From the NCBI GenBank assembly GCA_028023455.1, contig JAQFVV010000006.1, positions 15,872,001 to 15,936,000 of the forward strand: a stretch of 64,000 nt of DNA, in the 5' to 3' direction. Made by a program: the position numbers and the translations under genes. Below the pieces are notes generated by a model. It was not told where the DNA came from. It ran no database searches and saw only the letters and a program-made list of their open reading frames with translations. How positions within the stretch are numbered: position 1 is the stretch's first letter; every line of letters starts with the position of its first letter. This stretch comes from Epiperipatus broadwayi. Lineage: Eukaryota > Animalia > Onychophora. This document shows positions 26,053 to 38,397 of the stretch, piece by piece.

Positions 26053-26513
26053 CCAGATTATCATCTCCCACACATATATGTGTGTGCATCTATTTATTTA
26101 CAGTCACATTTACAGTATATTTTTGTGTAAACATTAAAATTATAATGTTTTTTTTTTGTGTGTCATAAACTAAAATAAATATTTAATTGTACATTTATTC
26201 TAATTTAATACATAAAAACTCCTATTACAATTTCAATATTTAGGTACTAAATTCATGAAAATTTTTAATATATGTAAGTGTTATGGGAAGATCTTTGGTA
26301 ATAATATGCAAATTTGGTGAACATCTCATTTGCTATTACATGAGATTATGTGTACCAAGTTAAAAGCAGTTATCTTTTAGCTTAAAGTAGAACCACACAA
26401 ATGCTATTTCTAATTTCGTAATCACTTAGCTTGGATTATTGATTTCAATTTATGGTTACCTGGTTATATTATAGCTAAATGTTTATTCTAATTTAATATT
26501 CACATAACTTAAT

Positions 26514-26662
26514 AACAGCAGCAAACTCTCTATATAGTAGTGTCCCCAAATATTGTATCTATTGATTACCAAGACTTGCACATGGTGGCACCACTTTATA
26601 AAAAGAGTTTGCTATTGTTATTAACAGCCTGTGTAAATATATGAAATGATGATCATGTGATG
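26514..26662. mobile_element. HHR family A short fold-back (no ribozyme) with tail
   Basis: aacagcagcaaactctctatatagtagtg, then the inverted arm ...gacttgcacatggtggcaccac...aagagtttgct, then tail taacagcctgtgtaaatatatgaaatgatgatcatgtgatg. Confidence 0.7.
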
Positions 26663-27004
26663 CAGAAAGCTTCCATTATAATTTCGTTGTTTACATCTCG
26701 AGTCCAAAATTTAATTTAAATATATTATAAATGTCTGTGAGTGAGAGAGAGAGATAGTATGGGACATCTGACTTTCTTTGCCCATGGATGATTGCAATAT
26801 TATGGGATTAATATTATGTATGCTCTGATAATAAATAATGGGAATTTCCATGTAGTTTTCTAGTAAATTTCAACTATGATGTAATGCAAACTGAGATCAC
26901 ACTATTTGTCAATATTACTTGTCTGACAAAGTTTTAAAATCATGTTCATAATATATATATATATATATAAATTCATTGAAAGTAGTCAACACTTAGATAA
27001 TACC

Positions 27005-28020
27005 CTAAACATTACAAGCATAAAGCTAAACTAGTCAATATAAAATCAAAACTACCCCAAATCTAAAATTAAACCAGACCAGAATAAAAATAATATTAAA
27101 ACACAACCTAAGGTTTCACTGCTACAAGCAGACTTCTCAAGTGTAAAGAAATAATAAAAAAAACACAACTTATATATACTATTAAAAACTACCCACAAAT
27201 CCATTCACTTCCCATTCACCCTTAATATTAAAAGAACTCTTAAATAAGTTAATTCTTCAGAATCATAAATTTTCAATAATAAAGACTCTTTAATTCTTTT
27301 TTGATTTCATTTCTCTCAAAGAACAACCTTACTTCATCAAAATCAATAGTGTGGCTGTATCTTTTTCATGGACATACAAAGCAGAACTAAGATATCTATT
27401 TTTAACTCTACTTTTATGAACCTTTACTCTTTCATTTAAACTCAAACTACTCTGACCTATGTAAACCTTCTTACAAAATAAACAAGGAATAAAATATACC
27501 ACACCAGGAATAGTCTTTCTATCAAAAACTTCCTTTGTATTATTCAATAAATTATTCAATGTAACACCCCTTTTCCAACGCTTTTCTTATTTCCAAACAA
27601 TTTACTATTTCTACACACAATTTTATAAGAAGACAATTTAAATGGCAAAGAAATAAAATCATATTTTTCTTTAACCTTTACATCCTTACAAATATTACTA
27701 TTAAATAAAATACTTTTAACAAATTTATCAGAGTATCCAACACTTAAATAATCTTTATAAAATTGATATTTAAACAAATACCCCCTAGAATTATTTAATT
27801 TAATATTCCTATGACAATAATTCCTTAAAACTACTTTATAATACAGACTGATAGCTATCAGGTTTAATTATAGATCTTAATTCTTTACTTTTAACTAAAT
27901 GACTGCACAATAAACAATTAGTTTCTATATTTCTAATCACCAAAAGATCTAAAAATTTTAACTTACCAAAATCTAACCCCACCTTCTAACACAAATTTTA
28001 TAGAAACAAAACAATTAAAC
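27005..28020 (-). mobile_element. Penelope-like element, 5'-truncated (left arm of palindrome)
   Basis: FLDLLVIR (RT C-terminus) and GVVYFIPCLFCKKVYIGQSSLSLNERVKVHK (GIY-YIG; ORFs 27329-27559 and 27556-27777), followed by a 3' region with an HHR variant and a ~40-nt extra tail. Confidence 0.9.
27101..27144 (-). ncRNA. Variant minimal hammerhead (U3-A8) in the PLE 3' repeat
   Basis: ACAC-UUGAGAA-G U CUGCU UGU AGCAG U-GAAA-CC UUA GG-UU-GUGU. Stem I is ACAC/GUGU, stem II is CUGCU/AGCAG, stem III is ACC/GGU, and the C3-G8 pair is replaced by U3-A8. Confidence 0.65.
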
Positions 28021-28052
28021 TCATTATTTAAAGTAAATTAAGGAATTTAAAA

Positions 28053-28967
28053 GTTTAATTGTTTTATCCTCATAAAATTTTGTTAGAAGGGGGGAGATTT
28101 GTAAGTTAAAATTTTTAGATCTTTGTGATTAGAAATATAGAAACTAATTTTTATTTGAGTCATTTAGTTAAAAGTAAAGAATTAAGATCTATAATTAAAC
28201 CTGATAGTATAGTCTGTATCTCATAAAGTAGCTTTAAGGAATTATTGTCATAGGAATATTAAATAAATATTTAGGGGACTGTTTCAGAAATATCAATTTT
28301 ATAAAGATTATTTAAGTTTGATACTTGTAAATTTGTTAAAAGTATTTTATTTAATAGTAATATTTGTAAGGATGTAAAGGTTAAAGAAAATATGATTTAT
28401 TTCTTTGCATTTAATTCTTCTTATAAAATTGTGTGTAGAAATAGTAAATTGTTGGAAATAAGAAATGTTGGAAAAGGGTGTTACATTGAATAATTTATTG
28501 AATAATACAAAGGAAGTTTTGATAGAAGATATTTGGTGGGTATATTTTATTCTGTTTATTTTGTAAGAAGGTTTACATAGGTCAGAGTAGTTTGAGTTTA
28601 AATGAAAGTAAAGGTCATAAAAGTAGAGTTAAAAATAGATATCTTAGTTCTTTTTGTCCATGAAAAAGATACAGGACACTATTATTTGATGAAGCTAAGG
28701 TTGCTTCTTGAGAGAAATGAAATCAAAAGAAGAATTAAAGAGTCTTTATTATTGAAAATTTATGATTCTGAAGCAATTACTTATTTAAGAGTTCTTTTAA
28801 TATTAAGGGTGGATGGAAGAATGATTTGTGGGTAGTTTTAATAGTATATATAAGTTGTGTTTTTTTATTATTCTTTACACTTGAGAGCTGCTTGAGCAGT
28901 GAAACTTAGGTTGTGTTTAATATTATTTTTATTCTGGTCTGGTTTAATTTTAGATTTGGGGTAGTTT

Positions 28968-28970
<3 letters not shown>
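28053..28970 (+). mobile_element. Inverted copy of the same PLE (right arm), riddled with small deletions
   Basis: Reverse complement of 27045-28020 with many 1-2 nt deletions, mostly in homopolymers. It lacks the last ~40 nt of the left arm. Confidence 0.85.

Positions 28971-29040
<70 letters not shown>
28971..29040. repeat. (TA)n microsatellite
   Basis: 70 bp of alternating TA directly abutting the right PLE arm. Confidence 0.98.
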
Positions 29041-29043
<3 letters not shown>

Positions 29044-31074
29044 TCATTGAAAGTAGTCAACACTTAGATAATACCAGTATCAATTACAATCAACAATCTC
29101 AATATGCTGTCAAGGCAAACTCATTTTAACAATAAAGGTGGAAATCCACCTTTATTTATGGTCTAATATGTTTATATAATAACTAAATATTGCAACATGA
29201 CCTCTGAGAAGTCTAGTAAGTGGGGATGATAAAATGTTTATCAACAACATTTGGTTCATTGATCAAAACTGATGATTACATATAATGTTGTATTTATTAA
29301 ATGAATGTTTTCTAGGTAGTGCTGTTAAAACTTTCTATACTTGGTTTGTATTCATTTATTATATTTGAGTTTTATATAGCATTATACAATGTTTAATTTT
29401 TTCTTATATAGTTGTGGTTGGAATTTTATCAAAGTGTAAATTGATTATTTATTAATTGCATTTTATGAACAGAACATGTAATATATTTGTTTAATAGTTT
29501 TTAAGATCTTAGCTTATTTTATAAGTGGTTGTATTTAGAGTCATTTTGGAGTCAATATATTTAAGAAATTACAACCTATTAAGTAAGAGGATTTTCTTTT
29601 CTGTAAGTTGTGTGATTCAAATTTTGTATTTTTACATATAGGTAGTTAAAACTTTTTGATATTGATTTATATTTATTTATTATTATATATGTATAATTTT
29701 CCATGCACCTGTATTTCTAGTGACTGATTACATAAGTGATTGCATGTAGGTAAAGGTAAATATAACCAGTACAGTATTCAGAAAAAAAAACATTAGTCAA
29801 AAACAAATTGTGGAAGTCTGTTTGACTCCTTCTTGGTATTAGAGAGAGGGAAAAAATATTATCTAATAAGATATTGTTTAATAATTTTTTAAAAATATAA
29901 TTTTATTTAAGAGTCTTATTAAGAAATATTATGAGTGATGCAGTTTTACCTTTATGTTTACATTTCATGATCAGGACACCCTTGCTAGTCTGAGGATTGT
30001 AAAAAACACTCTAAATTAGTCATATTGAATCCTTTTTTATGCTGAAAGATTCTTAATAAAAGTTATATAGATCTTGCATCTGTTTTGCAAGACTCCTTAT
30101 CTTTAAATAATCATGATCATATATTATCCGATCCACTAGATAATTAAAAAAAAAAATTAATCACTTTAGAATAAATAAATTTGAAAACCACTCTTGAAAA
30201 GAGCCTCATGGAGCAGTGATATGCATTTATTTATTATGCCTATGAGTTAAGGTTCAAATCCAGACAAAATAAAAATTATTTTCAAGAGGCTTAGAATTTT
30301 CATCTTAAGTAGTTGGCTCACAATCAAACCAGTTAATTATTCAACATCTAGGAATTCTCAACTAGATGAAAAAATGTTCAAATCCGTGTCACCTGGGATA
30401 TTAGCAACCTTTCCCTTCATTGTGCCTCTATGAGAGATTGTTGAAAAAGGCTTTGGCCCATTGTAAGCTACCTATTTTAATAATGTAATTTTACTTTATC
30501 AATCTCATGTAAATAGATTTACCTTCTCAAGATGAAATTCCAGTAGAAAATTAGATTACTGGATGTCTTGAAACCCGAATAATCAACGTCATATAAGATG
30601 CAATTAATTCATCTCAATATGACCATAGGGTTATTAATTGGTCTAATTCTCTCAGGAAATAAAAATGCTTGATTCTTACTCATTACACAACTTTCTTCAC
30701 TTACAATTAGCATTTCTTTTCAGAAACAGCTTTCTTCATTCTCATTCATGCCCATTTGTTGTAAGATTGACTAATCAGAGGACATTTAGTTTATGACCCT
30801 TTACCATTATTCATTTCAGTGAAGACTTTGTACTTAAAGATGAAACCAATACCGCCTCTGTTAACTCCATACTATCAAATTAAAATAACTTGATATTTGA
30901 AACCTTAAAATTTTGAATGCAATACAAACTTTTTTGTATAGTTTCTTGTATCTGATACCATTCTATTGACTATATGTTTTAATGATCTCAATTTTATATT
31001 AAGTAGGCCCTTTTTATTTTTATCTAGGACTTTCTCTACTTACAGTTAACGTATGTTTTCAAAAACAGTTTTTT

Positions 31075-31190
31075 ACTTCAGAGCCATCTATAGTAAGCTT
31101 AAGTAATCAATGGATGTTAAATGGCTTAATGCTTTTATAGCCATACTTCCATAATAGTTTCTAGATTATGTGCCTTTCATCAGTAATATT
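31075..31190 (-). mobile_element. HHR family A copy, strongly degraded
   Basis: agtaatcaatggatgtt...tagtttctagattatgtgcctttcatcagt matches the family A arm and a core relic. Confidence 0.55.
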
Positions 31191-31439
31191 TTTGGTTTTA
31201 AAAAAGCATTTATCAAATCATTCAACATATATATAGCAACTAAATATGGTTGATCTCTCGAATGCTACTTATAAATACATGGAATATCAATCACAAGAAG
31301 TGTTTTGGCCACTGAATTGTCTCTTTAATGAAAATATGTCACTATAAGTGATTTTTTTTGTTGCATGTGTTTGAAAAGAGAAATATTTAATAGATGTGTC
31401 TTATCAGTTTTGAACTATGAGAGACTTGGACACTTCCTA

Positions 31440-31830
31440 GAAGATCAGTACAGAGACTTCAGTCTATTCAACAAAATATATGTTAAGAACAACAAGAGAT
31501 CAAAAACAAGTATATGAGTGAAAGAACAAACAGTTATCACTGTTACCATTAAAGGAATTAAGATAATGAATTGGATCTGGATTGGATATAATGCTGGAAC
31601 AGATGATAATGAATTGATAATTGAAATTTCCAAATAGGATTCCAAGATTTTGTAAAAAATCTAGAAAGAGACTACATATGAGATGGATCAGATGAAAGAA
31701 GAAGTTTTGCTGATGTGATATGGAGAAGAGCGGCTATAGATTGAAGAAACTGGATTAAATGTGAAGAGATATTCATTATGGATTGGACTGATAATGATTT
31801 AAGTGACCATAATGATGATTACAATGTCTA
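31440..31830 (+). mobile_element. RTE-clade LINE 3' fragment
   Basis: IKIMNWIWIGYNAGTDDN...KSRKRLHMRW..., same family as 8030-8285 and 51420-51750, ending in gat/aat-rich repeats. Confidence 0.7.
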
Positions 31831-32995
31831 TCTTAGATTAAATATTTATAGCTCATACTAATAAATAACATCAGTTTATTATCCAAGTAAGTAATCAAAT
31901 AATCAATTGCTGAAAGTCATGTGATATTTGAACAACCACATGATATGTTGCACTTTGACAATGATCGGCCTTCAAGATCATTGCTTGACTATTGCATCAA
32001 AATGTTCAGGGTAATAGTTGCAGCTTGAAAATTTTACATAATATTCAATTACTGGAAGTGACAGATTGGGTATCTTTAGAATTCAAACTCATCACTCTGC
32101 CATAGTCCAAACCGTATATGTCAATAATAGTATTTGATATTGTAATTATGTCATTATATAAACTGCAAATAAGACTATTTGTAAAGCCTCCACATTAAGC
32201 TTTTTTCCATTCATAGATGACAATAATTCAATTGCTGTAACAAATCCCTGCATTTCTTTTACTTCGGAGGATGATTAATAAGTCTGAGTGAAACATTAGT
32301 TATTATGAGGAATAAAGTCATTATATTCAAAAGCATCAGTAATATAGTGGTTAGTCTTCATATCTGATTATATCTCCTATTCTTAGACTTCTCAATAATA
32401 ATGTTTCTGTGTTATTGTACTGTATAATTTAAATTCCACTGTTTGTGGTCACTTTTATATGATAAAGACCATATGAACAACTAGGGTAAACTTTCACTCT
32501 TTTTTTTAATATTATTGAGACTTTCTTGATGGTATTTTGTAACAATAATCTGCTAATAAGTATAAAATAATAATAGAAAATAATTGCTTTTTGGATACTA
32601 GAAATGAAATAATAGTCCTTTCAGTCAAGATTCCTAACAAGCACACATCCAAGCAATAATCTACCTATTCAAAAAAAATCTGTGATACTAAAATATTGCA
32701 ATATATTTATAATAATAAATAAAAATTAAAAAAACAAGCAAGTGGAAAAAAAGATTACGCGATTTTGGAATCTTCAAGCTTTGCCTAATTAGTAACGAAA
32801 TGTGTATGAAATACTGTAAGCATCAAAAGATCTCTTTTGTTAAATTTTTTTTTGCTAACTTTTGTTATAATTCTATGCACATGAGGTTATCGCTTAAATG
32901 ATGATATATTTTGCTTATTTCTTTTGAAAATATCTATACATAAAAAACAAAAATCAGACAACTATAACATTCCACGACTTATGCTTGCACAATCT

Positions 32996-33200
32996 GTTAA
33001 TACAGTAGCAACTTTCTCCATTCAATATTGCCATCTAGTGCAATTCATAGTAATTAATAGATGCTAGAAAGTTAAGGCAACAAAATTCACATCTAGTGGC
33101 TGCTCATCCAATATTTCCTGACCAGTTTCTAGCTTATGGCTTTCATCAGTGAAGACCCTTGAATTTGTGAAACACTGCATTTAGACCTTTGGATTTAATG
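32996..33200 (-). mobile_element. HHR family A copy with near-intact ribozyme at 33116-33154
   Basis: Minus strand UUCA-CUGAUGA-AAGC CAUAA GCUA-GAAA-C UG G-UC-AGGA. Stem I has one mismatch next to the core. Confidence 0.75.
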
Positions 33201-36200
33201 ACTCTCCATTCTTTTAATATAAATCCAAAATTAGGAGGACTGATTAATCAATAATGTCTTTCACTTCATAGGCATGGATTCAAATCCAGGTTGTGAATTT
33301 AATTAACTCTCCATTCTTTTAATATATTCAAAATTAGTGGACTGCTTGATTAGTAATATTTTTTCTTCTTTTTTTTTAAATCTTTCTCACACCACTATTC
33401 TGTTCCTATTCTTCCTCTTATGGTCACTAGTCTGGTAAATTTGTTTTCTAATTCTTCCACTTTCTAATAACTTGTTATTCACTTCAACATGTGATTGTTG
33501 CACATCAAAACCAAGGCGACAACTAAATATAGTGAATTAAATAAATTAATAGGAATCAAATGGTGTATCGCGAGTTCTTAAAAATTTCAGGTTCATAAGT
33601 GAAAAAACTGGACCTTGATCTATACACCCTGAGTTCTATTAACAGCCACTGTATCACAGCACAACTACGCAGGGCAAAATAAATAGCCGTCGATGATTTG
33701 TTGTTAATCTTCTGTCACAAATGTTGAAAACAGTAATATTTATATATATAATGTAAATGTTTTGAATTGATAAGATCATAAATAAACAACCAAGTAATAT
33801 TCAAACAATTTATTTACTGTTTTCGCCTTTGGCTATCTTTCATTTTATTTTAAAAAAGATTCTTGTTTTTTTTTTTCTGATATTTATCAACTGCGATGAG
33901 TTGCAAAAATAAAAATAAAAAATAAAAACATCATCGTAATAAACTATTAGGGAAGGGGTATCTGTTATTGTCGAGTGACAATTATACTCGAAGAAGGGTA
34001 CATGCGCAGATGACTTTAAAAGCTGGTAATAATCTGATTCAAAAGGATACATTTAATAATATTTTTATACAATAATAATAGTTTTAAAAAACTTATTAAT
34101 TAACTAATCCTTTGATATAAACGTGTCTTTTTTATTTCATAGTAAGTATGTTAAGTTCTTTGCCCGAAGACAGATTGAATTATGTTGGCAACAGTCTAGA
34201 GGTCAAATAATTATGCGTCACCACTTTTAGTGGTAATTTGTGATTTTTAGATTAATCAAATGATTTATTGCTTGGTAGTTCATACGAAATGACATAACTG
34301 GGTCAGGAACATTGAATTCAGTTACTACTCTACTACGGACCAACACGAGAGCATTTGCCATTTCAAGCTGCCTACTTAACACAAATTATTTTACACCTGA
34401 CTTTTAGAGCTATGTCATAAAATGCAAATATTTATTATTAAAAGAACTACGTACAAAATTCTAATTCTCATTTAACTTAACTCAGTTATTATTTGACAAA
34501 GATTTATGATAATGATGATATTGTAGGTGTAATTATTTGTTGGACTATTTCCATCATCTAATATTAAATGTCCAAACGTTTTTAGACAAATGCAATTTAA
34601 AACTTTCAAATACATTCAACTGTTAGTATAGCACACATATTAGTATATAACATTGTGTTTTGATAGTAGTATTCTCTTCTATTTTTCCGATATTGCTAGC
34701 CTGACCAATGACAGTACGAGCAAGGAATCAAACTTGGACTTTTAACTTTAGTCATGAATTTAAGGCAGCACTCTACTAACTAGGCTATTCTGTTAATTCA
34801 ATATTCACATATCTAAAAATTCCAGGTTTGATCTCTTTGTTAATGCTGTCACTGGTCAGGCCAACAACACCTGAAGAAAAGAGAATAATACTATTTGAAA
34901 AGATGTTTTATCTGTATGCTCTTTGTAACACTTAAATCCATTTGATAAGTTAAATAAAGTGTGATTTTTTAAAAAAACATTTAATAATTAATATTAGATG
35001 ATGGAAATAATCTAATATAATTACAAATAGCTCATTTATATATATATCACCTTGTTTTTTTTTTTTTTTTTACAAATTATTTTCTATTGAATTAAACTAA
35101 TGTGTTTTATATGCATATGCTTCTGTCATGTTTTCATGTGTTTATTTTATGTTTACGATGAAATAAGCCTTGACAACGATTCTATAAAATAACCAAGTGT
35201 TGGTGAATATTTTTTATATCTTTTCTTTAAACAAAATTTAAATTTAGTTTAAAAAAAAGTGAGATAAAATGTATATATATATGAAATAATAAATCAATAC
35301 TACTATATTGTAAATACTGAACTTTAAAATGTAATTAAAGGGGGTTTGAATACAGATTTTTAAGCTTCCTTCAGCTATCTTCTCTGTCTTATATAACCAA
35401 TACACATGACTACACAGGTGAACAAAATAAATGATCTTCAATATAATTCAGCACAAAGTACTTATATTGGAGATCATTTATCTTATTCACAAGTGTGTGG
35501 CCATATGTACTGGTTATATAAAATAGAGAGGATAGCTGAATGATGCTTAAAAGTCTGTATTCAGATCACCTTTAATATATGAAATAATTAAAAAATTACC
35601 ATATTTTAAACATTAATAGTTTGCTATCAGCTGATAAGAAACTTTATGAGTTCTTAACCCAAAAGCGTAGATCAAACATTTAATGTCCACTTCATCTATT
35701 TTTGTCTTTCTCATTGCAGATGATATTACTGTGTGATCATTCATCATAAATGAACATGACTGGCTTATTATCAATGTATATCAGCTAATTTGGTGAGTTT
35801 AACATTAAAAACACTTTAATCCTTTTATCTCAGATACCTGATAGTTTTTAAATGAGATGCCAGATGATGTTTTGAATGCATCTTTTTTTTTTTTTTGATT
35901 CATTATCAAAAATTAAAAACAAAAACCATGAAAAACTTGTTACCGAAGTCTTCAAAAGTTCAAGCATTGGAAATGATTGTTCTGAGGCTAAAACTATGAT
36001 CCATGGACTTTGTTTCCAGAATCTACCAATCTATTACACTAGATCATGCCGGGCAATTCATTATTTATTAACAAAAAAAAGTCTATCAATCTACTTTAAA
36101 AAACAATGTTCTAAAGCAATGAGTTACAGACTGATCCACGAAAAGTGAACGGGTTTTAATCTGGCCACATTCAATTAGTGAATTTATTATATTTCATTAA

Positions 36201-37352
36201 ATACTTATTTACTTATAATTAAGTTTCAGTTAGAGTGATGTTTAGTAAATTCTAAACAATTTTACCGATGTCATTCGTCCCAAACATCGTAGATAGTAAT
36301 TTAAAGTGAGAATTCTACTCTCACACTCTCCTCAACAGTACTTCAGATTTGCTCATATAAAAGAATTTGAGTCGTAGGAATAAGAGGATTCCTTTTATTC
36401 CTGCATAAATACTATATCTTGTGTTGTAGAGGGAAGTATTCATTTATTATTTAACACTCGCAAAAGACGCATGCACAATTAGCTTGAAAGGCTGATCTTT
36501 GAATATAATTCATTAAATACAGTATATTTATAGCAATATAAAATTCTAAGTTTCTCCAAATATTTCTGTCAATGAAGAAATTATTAAACTGCCTTACTTT
36601 AACCAGTTTATTGGGTCTTTTAAATGGATAATTAGTTTTCTATGAGAGTGGTGAGGCAGTTTAATCTCAAACTGCTTATTTAGCCACATTAGCTCACCAC
36701 CCTTTTTGGCCACCCACAAAAAAATTGGAAAGAGATTGCATACACAAATGATACTTTTGATAAGGCTTGATATAAAAAAAAACTGGGCAGAGACTACAGA
36801 GATGCTATCAGCTGACTACAGGAGACATATTGCTGGTAGTGGTTGAGAAACTGGGGAAGATGCTTCTCAGTATTAGTGACCAATAACAAATGAGGTTTTT
36901 GAGCCTCAATTGATGATTATAATATATTCATAATATACCTTAGGGATTGCCACAGAAATAAAAAGGAGTGCCAAAAATCAGATGGGGAAAAACAACAGTC
37001 TGCGAAGTAATTTTCAGCCGATCTGCTATGTTCTGAAAGGACTTCCATCAGACAAATGTGAAGAACATCTCAATCTAATCAAACAAATGTAATTTGGCCC
37101 TGCAGGGATTAGCCCAGTGATAGAGTGTCAGACATTGGAGCATTAGGTCTTTAGAGTTCTGGCACTTCCTGTCTTAAACTTCTTATGAAGTTCCAAACAA
37201 TGAACCATTCAATTGTGTGTTAATAGAATTGGAATTACATGCTTTCTTTTCTATTTTGATTCATTCCTTAACTACTTATCCAGTTATCCGTATTTTCTTA
37301 TAAGATGAGAAAAATATATCAATGTTTTGTATGGTAATTGGGTACAATAAAC

Positions 37353-37438
37353 AGCTAAAACTCTCCATCCAACAGTTCCGTCCATATTAAAAGCTTGCAT
37401 AAGCATAGGAAATGGTGATCATGTGACGTTTAGTGGAT
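37353..37438. mobile_element. HHR family A minimal element (left end joined to tail) with 18-bp TSD
   Basis: agctaaaactctccatcc...aagcttgcataagcataggaaatggtgatcatgtgacgtttagtgga. Flanks are taattgggtacaataaac (37335-37352) and taattggatacaatacac (37439-37456). Confidence 0.7.
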
Positions 37439-38058
37439 TAATTGGATACAATACACTAATCTGTGTATTAAATGCACTCAAATCTGTCATCACACATATA
37501 TAACTAAATAGCATTAATAGACTTCTGTTATTTAGTTCGTGTTTAAAATATAGAAATGTATCCAATGTTTAAACGAATGCATATCGAGTCAAAACCATGG
37601 CAAATAAAGAGTTAAAAGAGTTAACATAAAAACATAGTGTCTTTTTATGCTATCTCATTTCGCTCTTTACAATTTATATGCTCTAAATAGTAAAAAAAAT
37701 ATTATCTTAATGATAATAGCTAAACAAAAGATAATCTAAAATACTGTAAAACCAAGCTAATAAACTCTCAACCAATAGAGCGATTTTAAGAAAATTATAA
37801 ATATTTTTTTTGCCAACTCACTTATTTCGTTAATAATTCTAGAATATGTTTGCAACTTTGACTCCGCCATTAATAAATTTGATATAACTTTTGTTAATGC
37901 GCGAAGTAATTGAAATAAAAAAAATAATTAAAAGAAAGTAATGGTTTGAAATATTACTCAAGAAGTGTCTAGTCTGAGGAAAGAAAAATCTCTGTACATA
38001 ATATTGTAAACATAGCTCTTGTATTAATTAAATTTGGAGTACGCACTAACAAGGGCTT

Positions 38059-38397
38059 TGAACGTTCCATCATCAGATTTTCAATGAAATGGAAGGCTGA
38101 AAAGTTGTGGGTTGGAATAGTTTGAAGCCTGTCCATTAAAGTATGAAGATTGGCTATCTTAATATAAAGCTGAGCACTGATTATATATATGTGTGAAGAT
38201 AGTAATCTGGACCAACTAATGATTGCTGGTTTAGCATGAAATACGTACATTGGTGATTATTTATCTTTTCAACATGTGTGTGATCAGGTGAGTCATCAAT
38301 ATGAGGTGGCACTGAGAGTAGTGGGTCGTGTGAAAGTCTGAGTTCGAACCACGCATATATTACATATATATAAATGCAGGTTTAAGCCTGTACAATG
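38059..38397 (+). mobile_element. HHR family B element, ribozyme inactivated
   Basis: Colinear with 23707-24035. Core at 38211-38254 reads CUAAUGA (G5A) and has ACA at the cleavage triplet. Stem III keeps palindromic UACGUA. Confidence 0.8.

Larger units (their letters stand above)
25415..26085 (-). mobile_element. HHR family B partial tandem (period 477 bp)
   Basis: 25425-25600 and 25900-26075 are direct repeats, each containing an HHR and a tRNA-like A/B-box region. Confidence 0.85.

Noticed and set aside
35720-35792. Exon-like segment with good acceptor and GTGAGT donor
   Set aside because: All three frames contain stops and no linked exons were identified. It could be non-coding but is unsupported.
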